A stretch of 64,000 nucleotides of DNA from Hydrurus foetidus (Eukaryota), in contig UYFQ01000098.1 in the NCBI GenBank assembly GCA_900617105.1, forward strand, positions 1 through 64,000, read 5' to 3'. The notes beneath the pieces were generated by a model, which worked only from the letters and a program-made list of their open reading frames with translations, ran no database searches and was not told the origin of the DNA. This document shows positions 19,201-30,600 of this stretch, in pieces. The position numbers and the translations under genes are program-made. The stretch's first letter is position 1; every line of letters starts with the position of its first letter.

Positions 19201-22200
19201 AACAGCTATGTTGGCAAAGTGTGTGTGGACGTGTCTAACGAGAACGAAATAAGCTGCTATGACAAGAGGGCAGAGCTGTGGAAGTCTTTTTCGTTTGACC
19301 GTGTATGGCCTTTCGACACAACACAAGCAGAAGTGTTCAGTGACGTTGAGCCTCTCGTGCTCTCCGTCACAGAAGGATTCAACACTTGTTTATTCGCATA
19401 CGGTCAGACAGGATCGGGGAAAACTTTCACAATGAATGGGTACGGCAGGGAGTACGGTGTGAGTTATCGTACGTTACAAAGAATATTCGAGACTTTGGAC
19501 CTAAAAAAATCCATTGCCTTTGCCACTGCTGAAAGAGTTGAAAAAGCGGGTGGGAAACTTAATAGATTTAATTCCTTGTCGTCCTTAAGTTCGACCGTGA
19601 ATACAAATTTTAGTTCGACTGCAAGTGGTAAGAATGTTGGAGGGGAGATAGAGGGAAGTACGTCAAAAGACACCGATTCTAACCGGGATGTTGAAGAAGA
19701 GTTTCCGGTATACGCCTATACGGTAACGGTATCTTTGATGGAAATATATAACGAACAGGTGTACGACTTGCTCTCACAGAGCGGAGGAGGAAACAGTGGA
19801 ACTGGACTGGATATCAGACAAGCGCCTGACGGAAGTGTAAGTGTGCCGGGACTGCACAAAGTTGTTGTACAGAATTTAGACGATGTAATGGAAGTTTTTT
19901 CGAAAGGATCAGCTAGCAGAGCGACAACATCCACGAATCTGAACGAACACAGTTCTAGGTCCCACCTAATAATGCTAATAGACGTGGACACCGTACAAGG
20001 AGATGCACAACCCGTACGTTCTAAATTGTTCCTGGTTGATTTGGCCGGGTCAGAACGGGTGGGTAAAAGTGGTGTGACCGGTGTAGCGTTAAAGGAGGCA
20101 CAGTATATTAACAAATCTCTCAGTGCTCTTGGGGACGTCATGGAAGCACTTGATCAGAAAGCGAAATTCGTCCCGTACAGAAATTCAAAACTGACATACT
20201 TACTGCAAGACGCTCTAGGAGGCAATTCACGTACTATGATGGTGGTGACTGTTTGCCCAACAGATTTGACATCTGATGAAACTCTATTCACGCTTCAATT
20301 CGCTACTAGAGTACGTAACATCACCATAGGTGCCGCTAAAAAAAATACGGCCAACGGTAAAAATTTAGAGGAAGCCGTTAAAGTATTGAAAATTGAATTA
20401 AGGGAATCGAAGAGAAAAAGACAGTCACTAGAAGAGAACATCGGGGAACTGAGAAAAGATCAGAAGAAATCGAGTGAGAAGAACGCGACTGTTATGGACG
20501 GTACGTACGTGACTGAATAAATCAGAACCGAATAGAATTGTACATACGTATGTTCACACGTACATGCATACACACACCGACATCAATCCCATTTAACTCT
20601 TTCCCCTTTTCTTTCTCCCTTAGTCAAGGTCCGATCCGCAGAAGAGAAAAAAGCAAAACTCGAACAGCTGTATGAAGGGCTGCAGAAAAGCCATCAAGAA
20701 TTGGCGAACAAACTGCAAGAAGAAAGAGAAAGTAAAATTAAAGCACAGGAGCTCTTAAAAGATGCTGTTAAAGAAACGGAGAGAGAAAAGGCGGAAAGAC
20801 TACGTGAAAGAGTTGAGAGAGAGAAACAAAGAGCTGTCGAGAAAGAAGAAGCCGCAAGACACGCGAAGATTTTCATTGAGAAAGAAAGAGCTGAAAGAAT
20901 GAAAGACCAAAACAGAGTTGCATCAAGCCAGTCTAAGGATCGGTTGTCTCAGTCGTTTAGTCGGCCATCCACTGCTGTCGACTTGGACATTGAAAGTATC
21001 AACACTGACACCTCCCCTCCCACTGATTCTCCTCGCAGCACATCTATGGTGCAGACAGACAGTGGGGGAAACGTACGGACACCCTCGGGTGCACTCGCAC
21101 GTACGAACAGTTTCTCGAAGTCATTGTTGAAAACTCCGTCTTCCTCAGGTACACATGTGTCGGTTGTTCAGCTATAAGTGTAGTGCATTATCTGTAAGTG
21201 TAGTTGTACGATTGTTACACGGGATGATATCGATGATTTATTTCCTTTTCTATCACCATATTTGTTTTTATCTTTATCTTTATCTTAATTTTTTGAGAAA
21301 GTGCTGGATTGACAGCTCAAGGGATGTGCTTAATTGCTGATCTGATCCATTTTTAATCTGGACCACTTCTTACACGACAATCCACACACACTAATTGCAC
21401 CGTACTGAACACTGGGGACAGCACGGTGCAGTTAGTGTGTGTGGATTGTCGTGTGTATAAGTGGGTCCAGATTAAAAATGAATCAGATCAGCAACTAAAC
21501 ACGTCCCTCGAGTTCTACACCATCCCACCCTGTCTCTCCCACTGATTCTAGTATTTTATTTTATCTTATTTTATCTTATTTTGAACACCTCACTTGTTTT
21601 ACTTCACCGATATCTCACCATATCACACCACACCGCATCACACCACATAATATCATATCACGCCTCCCATCACATTACTTCACGTTGATACAAATCATAT
21701 CAGATCTGATCGCATCATATCACCCACCTCTCATCACATCTTACTGCATCACTCCTTTACAATCTAATATGATATCATACATGATCGCAGTGCACAAGAG
21801 CATCAACCAATCTCTGTCGAGAAGCCTCTCCAAGCCTCTGAACAGACCGATGAAAATCCCTTCCCTCAACTCTTCAAGTCAAAGAAATCGAAACAGTGTT
21901 CGAAAAGACAATGACTGGAGCTTAGAGGGACAGTACTCAACAGTTGGAACAGGTACTGACGAAATGGATTCCAATCCGGATGTTGCTCAGCTTGGCCCGT
22001 CCCTGACCCCCAGTGTAAGAAGCAATATTGCGGCACGTAGCAGAGAAGCTCTCTTAAGCCATCAGGTGAGAATAACAAGAAATATGAAATAAAACAAATG
22101 AAAATAATACTGAAATTGATATTGAAATTATGATCAAAATGAAACAAAAAACAAGAAAATGGTGTTCTTATTGACTTTTAATATTAGATACTGTCGTAAA

Positions 22201-22376
22201 AAGTGTTACACTTACATTTCAATGCACTCGTAGAAGTGTAACACCTCTTGCCTTTTGAAACACTGTCAAAAGTGTAACACTATTTCTATTCTGACACAAT
22301 GCACCACGTCTACTCACAGTTGCGTATGGAGAAGAGGAGACTTGAAAAGCTCTCAAAACTGGCTTCAGTGGTGTAA
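16258..22376 (+). CDS. Kinesin-14 family motor with N-terminal NudE/NDEL1-like coiled coil and long stalk; about 7-8 exons
   Basis: Kinesin-14 neck KGNIQVCCRTRP, P-loop AYGQTGSGKT, switch I NEHSSRSH, switch II DLAGSER and VPYRNSKLT in ORF 17380-20520. Upstream exons 16258-16621, 16704-16850 and 17101-17249 and downstream exons 20624-21148, 21791-22066 and 22320-22376 can be joined in frame by GT-AG introns. Confidence 0.85.
21316..21512. mobile_element. Foldback MITE family B copy, kinesin intron
   Basis: About 90-bp inverted arms (ACACGACAATCCACACACACTAATTGCACCGT / ACGGTGCAGTTAGTGTGTGTGGATTGTCGTGT) around a short loop. Confidence 0.88.
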
Positions 22377-24339
22377 TCAACTTCAGACTTCGCCGTAATA
22401 CGGCCAGGGGCACTAGAGAATTGGCCGTAGAACGGCTAACGTGACTGGGAGAGATTGAGGATGCTGAGGAGAGTCAAAGGGGTATGGTCTAAGACGAGAT
22501 GGAGATCTTATTCGAACTCTGAGTGATGAGTGATGGACCGGTTGGTTGCTTATGTTCCCTATCCTATCATCTCCATATCCCCTCGCGTAGGAGAGTCAAA
22601 GGGAAGGAGTTTGTCTGCCTTCTGTTTCTGTTTCAGTAAAGTTCCGTCCCGTCACACTGTAGAGAGAGTATCGCCTTGCCATAGCGATCAGTCTACGTGT
22701 ATAAGCTGACTCTAATGTGTGACATACGTCCCCTGTGCTGTGGTGTGTCTATGTGGTACGGAATGGGATGTGATAGGGTGCTTTGGTTTGTAGGATAAAC
22801 TGCATTGTGACGCTCACAGTAATTTGATGGAGCGAGATCAGAGCACAGTACAGTACAGTACAGTACAGTTCAATGCAGCATTGCGCAGTGACTGTGGTAG
22901 TGTAGAGAAATCGTAAGAGCAATAGAAAAAGGAGACCTAAATAATACCTCCATAGTCCACTCAGTATAGACGCTGTACTGCACGTACGTACATACATTCT
23001 CAAGACTTGCGAAGATCGAGCCTGTTTTTATTTTGCGTTAAATTTGTATTTTTTTCGTATTCCCTCTCATTCATTCCCCCACTGATATTTGTTGATTATA
23101 TACACTTTTTTTGTCCACACATTATTGACTTGTACATTCATTCACTCGTAGAAATCTTTATCCGCTCCGCTATTTCTCAGCGTTTATATTTGTAAGACAT
23201 AGTCATGTAAAAAATGTCAGAACATAGAGTGATCAGCCGTCGTCTCTTTTTTGTCTTTCCTCTTCTCTCTTAATATTTGTATTTTTTGTATTTTTCATTC
23301 ATTCATTCATCCGTTCGTATTTGTCTCAAATCATTTTACTTGTTTTATGTCTTACAGCTATTGGTACCGCATTGCGCTCTACTCGTCCATTTCTCTTCCA
23401 CACTTTACTCTCATCGATAATATAGAGAATCAATCCGTGGTGCAACAGCAGCTAATACTCTGCATTCATATTTAAAAATTCAACATTTCCATCGGTAACG
23501 AATTTCTACGGTATATTCCGTATTTTCTTTCATTATATTTCGTATTTCTCATACGGTGTTTATCGGATTGAACCTGTGGAGTCCGGCTTCTTTTCTTACA
23601 CTGCAATTCAATTCACCTCAACGTGATGGGATGTTTTATGCTCCCTGTCATGTGTGATCGAATGTTTCACGCGATAGTCTGGACCTCTTACAGCTTCAAG
23701 ATGCCACCACATACAGATTCACTGTATGTGACCATCTGCGTGTTGGGTTTAACATGGTGGCCCGTAGACTGATAACTGGACGGTGAGTGTAGGTCAGGAT
23801 GCAGCAATGAAATAGGTGTGTGTGTTATCACGTTGCGGTGTATTGTATTGTATTGTAGCGCAACATTCGTGGTGGGTGCCCTTCGATAAGATACTACAGT
23901 ACGGCCCGGACAAGACGCTACAGCACAGTACATAGCGCTTCGTGATCAACCGTATAAGAACAGAAGAGCAGAGCCGTATGACATATGATCGGATACTTAG
24001 CAGTGCAAGTGAGAAGTGAGGTTGAGCACTTAATACACTACTGTGGTGCACGACGCTGCACGTCGATGAAATTCCACTGAAATTGAATTGTATCTCAAAA
24101 TACCGAAACAGGAATACTACTTGGTACCAGGTAGTATCCGTGTTCAGGTTTCAAATAAAACCTCAATTTTGGTGGTTCTCAGTTCTCCAATGCTGTCACC
24201 TGTGAATTACGATGACAGTGCAGTGCAGTGCGACTGATCTGATGTAACTAGTGCGGATTAGCATATGATACCACTATCATTCTACTGTAGAGCACGTCTG
24301 ATGCGAGTGTGTGTATCGTGTTTCTCTCTCTCCCTGTCT

Positions 24340-24487
24340 CTCACACACACACTCTACCTCTCTCTATCACACACACTCTACTTCTCTTTCACACACACTC
24401 TACCTCTCTTTCACACACACTCTACCTCTCTTTCACACACACTCTACCTCTCTTTCACACACACTCTACCTCTCTTTCACACACTCT
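24340..24487. repeat. 22-bp minisatellite (CTCTACCTCTCTTTCACACACA)n downstream of the CPSF2 stop
   Basis: About six tandem near-identical units. Confidence 0.9.
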
Positions 24488-24674
24488 ATTAGTTCTTCTT
24501 CCGTACACGCGCTTCGCACATACGCACTGAAACAACAGTAAGTCATATTGAATACACTTAAAATATCGAATCCGCGACTAAACTAGAAAATCAGAAATCC
24601 TCGGAATCGAAGTTCTAGTTCCACATCTAGAACCTTCGGTCAAATTTTAATTAAAATAAAACAAAAACAGTAAA

Positions 24675-24908
24675 TTATACAAATGCATACTGTTGGTAGA
24701 GGGCTTTTCTCGCTTCCCAGTACGCATGCACGGGAGGGCCTTCAATGACGAAGTCCGTATCACTTTCTTTATGCACTAGTACCTTTAGGGATGTAGGAAG
24801 ATGTAGAGGGATCGTGATAGTCAGATTTTTTGGGATGTGAAATATTTGAATAAGATGAAGATGAAGGAAGTAAAGAAGTAAAATGAAAATAAGGTACAGT
24901 GTAATGGT

Positions 24909-24947
<39 letters not shown>

Positions 24948-27562
24948 GGAGAAGGGCGTTGTCTATTCCGAAATAAAAAGATTTGCTCAGATATATTCGG
25001 TACAGTAGTATGACCTGAATGATAAATTCAATAAGTGGTTTGATAAAGGCAAAACTAAATAAAGGCAACCAATAAAATAAAATAGCACCAAAAGAGAAAA
25101 GAGAAAAAAAAAAAAAATTTACAAAATTGAGTAGTTGCACCGCACCTGTGATCCACAAACTAACACGCCTCCACTAGCCGTTAACCGGAACTCTACGGTA
25201 ACCCCGGCCGCCTCTATGAGCTGCTTCAGATTATTGAGCAAAACGTCACCGACACTAACAACCCCAACAGACAAATCCTCCAACACAATTCCCTCCTCAT
25301 CCTCATCTTTATCGGACATATCCTGAGTAAGTATGTACGTGTTAGTTTGCAATCAGAGTGGAGATATGAGAGAATAAAAGCCACTCTTATGCGATACGAT
25401 ACATAGCATTGCATTTTAGTCTCTGTTGTAAAGAGTAGAATTAAATGAAACGCTGACTGAGAGTGGGTAACACCGGAAATGAAAACATTTGGGATTCTGT
25501 TCGGAAATCTAGACAACCCTGATATTCTACTCTACTCTGTTCTATTTTATTGTATTCTATTTTATTGTATTCTACTCTACTCTACTCTACTCTACTCTAC
25601 TCTACTCTACTCTATTCTACTCTACTCTACTCTACTCTATTCTACTCTATTCTATTCTAAAATTCATAATAATAGTGATGATAGCAATGCTATTGATAAC
25701 ATGATAAACTTGACACTGTGGTGGAGCTTGGAGTAGCAAGGAGGGTAATCTAAGTAGTGACACTATTTATCAAATAATAGATGTCGCACACTCACCACTT
25801 CTTCCTCTTGTTTTGCTTCTCCTTCCAGATAACCCACAGACTCGCCTCTCGGGCGAGACTGTCCGCTCTTACCCTTATCAAGCGGCTCAGCGATATCTTC
25901 TTCATCCTCGGCTAACGGTACAATATTGGCCATATCTTCAGGTATAATATCACCCTCCCCCCCGACCATCACACCCGCGTCGCGGCTGTCCTCCTCTAAC
26001 ACAACTAGAGGAGGAAGAAGCCGAACAATCTGTACAAGAAAAAAGAAAAGAAGAGAGGAGAATAAAAGATTAAATTGGCTTGTTCTATACATGGTACGGC
26101 ATTGAGTGCGGTCAAATGAATTCAATCAATTAGATTTCAATGATATCATTTAAGTGCGCATGATGACAATATTAAAAAGCATTTCGCTGCAGAGAATTTG
26201 TTTATGATATGGAGTACTGCACACTTGATCATGATATTGTGTCATATATCACACATTGTCAAAATCAAAGCAACACAGCACTTTTGAAGATTATCTTGAA
26301 GCATGTTTGACAAATATGGAGTGAGAATCGTTGTTCTCAGAGGTCATTTTTGAGCACAGAAAAATGGTATTCCTGTTTATTTGTGATTTCGACAATAATA
26401 GGGATTGGGCTGTTTCAAAAATTCAACGAATACAGCTAATGTTCCTTGTATTCTGTATTTTTTATTTGACAGCTTAACAAATGGCTTATACGTGATAAAT
26501 ACACATCACCAAAATGAGAAAATCAGATACCTACTACACTAAAAATAAACCAGTTAAAAACTAAGTGTACCTTTATCCCGTCTAATCCGGTGTCGGCTAA
26601 TTCAACAATACGGCCAGATATAGCACACACCTAGAAGGGAGATTGATTATCATTTATTATCTCGTGGACTGTGGAGTATTTGAGGGAGGTTGAGTTTTAT
26701 AATAATCAATGATTTGAATGTGCTGTTTGAGCATCTAATATTAGGAACGTATCAGCAAATAAGGCGCTGTAATGAAATAGAGGAAATACTTGTGTGAAGA
26801 GATGGATGGATGGATAGAGGTGGTGAGAGTTGATGTGTAAAAATAAACGATTGTGTACATGTCTAAATCAAAATATACTACAGCACACATAAAATACAAA
26901 TTTTCACATGATATTTCGTACTTGACAGATTCTCTCTTTGCTGCCTGACAACGCTCCACTCTGTCCTAATACGGATTTTACACTGGGAGGAAGAAGACTG
27001 AGGGGAAGTTGCATACGCACTCTGTTTGCTTGGACGGAAAACTCTACTGCTTCTCTGAGAGACGATAAAGGGAAAAAGGAGAAAAAAAAGAAAGATAGGA
27101 ATTGAGATAAAGATGATGAGAAGGGATTGATAAGGAGTGGAAAGAAGGAGGGAATGATGAAGTGGCTAAGGCGATTATGAGTGAGAAGATAGGAAGGGGA
27201 AATTGGGTGCAGGGCGGAGTGAGGGAGCGAGTGAGGGAGGGGGGGAAAGAGAGGGAGGGAAGGAGGGAGGAAGAGGGAGGGAGGGAGGGTAAGAGAGAAG
27301 AAGGAGTGGATGGATGAGATGGAGACAATAAAGATGGAAGAAGAAAGGGGGAAAGGAAGGAAAGAAGAAAGGAAGAAGAAGGATGAAATCACCATTTCAT
27401 TTCCACTTTGGATTCGTTCATATTTATCATACATTTTATTCTGTCTTGGTAATATGTGTTCGTGTGTGTGTCATTCGTGTAGATGCCATAGATATATTAT
27501 AGTATGTGATGTCTATAAATAGAGTGTGACTCGTGCGATGTGTGTGTGTGTGTGCGTATGTA

Positions 27563-27602
<40 letters not shown>

Positions 27603-30600
27603 TGCGTATGTATGTGAGAGTGTGTGTGTGCGTGTGCCACGGATCATTAGGCAGTGTATGGATCACGTAAAAGCACACACAACCATACTGTGCAGCTTAA
27701 TTTTATGTGATGTCTTTATGTTGCAACATGATACATGGAATATTAATATTGTTAATCGTCATATTTGTAAATTCACTTTTTCTTATTCTTGATTTACGAT
27801 CATATAATTTCATTTTATTTTCCCTCATATTATTTCATTTCATCTTATTTTATCTTACCCGTTGGCAGGTGCGAATGTCTGTATTCCATTTGACTGCGCG
27901 TAAGCAGCCACTTCTCGACAGTCAGATTCTTTTCCTCTTAAGACTATGGCGCGTGTGGGGGCTAGCTGACTGTTACAAGACATTTATTGACAAGATATTA
28001 ATTGCAATTAGAAATGTTGTAATTAGAAAAGTGGACATTATTTTAATAATTGCAATTTTTGTAGGAGGAATAAGTGATTTTTGTTCCTATCAAAAATTAC
28101 ATAAGCAGATAATTATCATCATTATGATCATTATTGGAAATAGCAATATTTAGTACATGATTATGATTCTTATTCTGTGATTACAATTAGGATTAATGCA
28201 TCAACAGTATTGGTACGCTTGAGGATATGCTGTGGAAGTGTTCGCTAGTTGCAGGAAGATAAGATGATGATGTAATAGCATTATTGGAACAGATGAAAAC
28301 GTCTGAGAATGCACACGAATTCACGGGAGGAACGGTTTTCTCCACTGTCATAAATCTCATTTAATTCCGTAAAAGTATACTTCATTCTTTTTCAGTACTA
28401 GTACACAATAAACGCACCTGATGACGGTCTTGATTGCCTTGAAGTCCGCTCTGCCACTCACGGGCACTTCCTTCAGCCCACACGTGAACTGGACCTTGGA
28501 CTTAACTCCAACCAATTTCCAAGGCGCGTCACTATCTTGTGTGGGCTCCACTTCTTCCACCGGTGCAGAGACCTTGGGTCGAATGGCTGGAATTCCAGGG
28601 GTGGTGCTGGCTGCGAGGGCGAGAGCAGCGGTGGCAGCGATGGCCGGGTGGACTCGGCTGAATCTAACAGTTATGAGGGAGGAGATAAAGAGGGAGGGGA
28701 TAAAGGGGAAGGGGGATGGGAAGAGAGGGAGGGAATAAGATGGGATGGAGATTGGGAGGACAAGAGAGAGAGAGAGAGAGAGAGAGTGAGAGAGAGAGAG
28801 AGAGAGAAAGAGGGTGGGGGAAAGGGGAAGGGGGAAAGTGTGATGAGAAGGATCATTAGTAAAATAATAATTGGGATCACGTAGCAGTAGAGAAGCATTC
28901 TGAAAGATTAAAAATAATATCTACCGTCTACGTATGATGTGACGTATGTTAAAAAATAAAAAGCGCACGTGCATACATACACACGTACACACTTACATAC
29001 GTACGTATACACATCCGTACATCGAAATGGACTCGCATACAGTTCTACACACTGGATGCATACACACACGTACACACACACGTACATGACTATAGTGCAT
29101 CAACCCACGCACCTTGATGAGAAGGTCGCTGCTGTTATGTCTTGGAATTTAAGATCTTCATTACATGCACCGTAATCGTCGGCCGTGTATACCGTTTCTC
29201 TCGTCTCGAACATCGGGAAATTTGGCTCAACGAATTTCGCGATTTGACTAGGCTGTATAATGATAAAAAATATAAAAATGAAATCAATTATCGCAGGCAA
29301 TCAGTACAGGGCAGATCAACGAGGGTGCAATAAAATAGAACAGATTATGATAGAGAAGGTTGACCCATGACTTTAGGTGTGATTTCCATTATTTATTTTA
29401 TTAATTTCGTGTAATTTACTGCCTTTCATTTCACCACACATGACCAGGCCGGTCGAGAGAAATGACCCCTTATCAGACATCACAACACATTGCAGAATCA
29501 TCAAAATGGGCTTCATAGAGGGTAAATACGGAGGACCCATTCTATCCCAACTTTGGATGAGAGAATATTGTCGAAGTCAAAATAATACAGCACTTTTTGT
29601 GATTTTCTTGAAAGCATATTTGACGAATATAGAATGAGAATCGTTGTTCTCAGCGGTCATTTTTTAATACTAAAATTGTGTTCCTGTTCTTTAGTAGTGA
29701 CTTCGACTATAGGGGTGTGTTGAGTACCTGTAACTTTCTTCTCTTGGCCGTAGGTTTACTGTCAGCTGGTCGGGTGGAGCCGGAACCTAACGGTTAAATC
29801 GATAGTACGTGTGAATGTGTGCAGGTAAGAATGTGTGCAATCCTCATATATTAGATGGTATTTTCGACAGGACAAGATGGGATAAAGAAGAGTAGAGGAA
29901 TGCAGAGGATGGAGGCATTGCGTACAAGGTGATCCGCAGAAATGACGAACAGAACATGGAAACGTTATTTTGATTTCTCCGTTACATTGCTGAAGCAGCA
30001 ACAAGATGAATATTATATAATCAATATTATTAAATATTATTTCACCTGCTAATAAGACCTCCTCCTCCTCTTCTTCGTCTCCCTCGTCATCTTCATCATC
30101 CTCGTCTTCGTTCTCTCCATCATCGGCTCGACCGACAGCAAGCTGTTAATACACATGTAATAATTATTCTGTAAGTGCAGTTTCCGGCTCATTACTGCTT
30201 AATCCGGCCAAATTTTAACGGATTATTCTGTTCCGTTTAAATTACACAGTGCGTCATTATATTGTGCGTCATCATGAAATAATAGAATTAGTTGGCATCA
30301 CTGTTGGTGAGATTGATGAAATCATCGACATAGCTAAACAGATTAGAGAGAAATGTGTACGTGATCACGTCAGAAAAAGTGGAAAAAAACAGTAGTGACA
30401 ATTCAAACATCCATGACGCATCTATTACGGAAAAACAAATAACAGATGGATTATACATCTACAGTATCCACTGCACAACAAGTGCATTTATTCTTCACTT
30501 CCACTCATTCGCCAATTTGAGTCAATCATCAGTTACAGTCACGCATCAATATCAAATACAAAACACATAAAAAGAAATCAAATCTAATCCAAACCAATAA

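Noticed and set aside
22198..22285. Repeated and inverted AAGTGTAACAC motifs in the last kinesin intron
   Set aside because: Too short and single-copy here to call an element.
24340..24487. CRISPR-like periodicity
   Set aside because: Head-to-tail minisatellite with no spacers, in a eukaryotic context.
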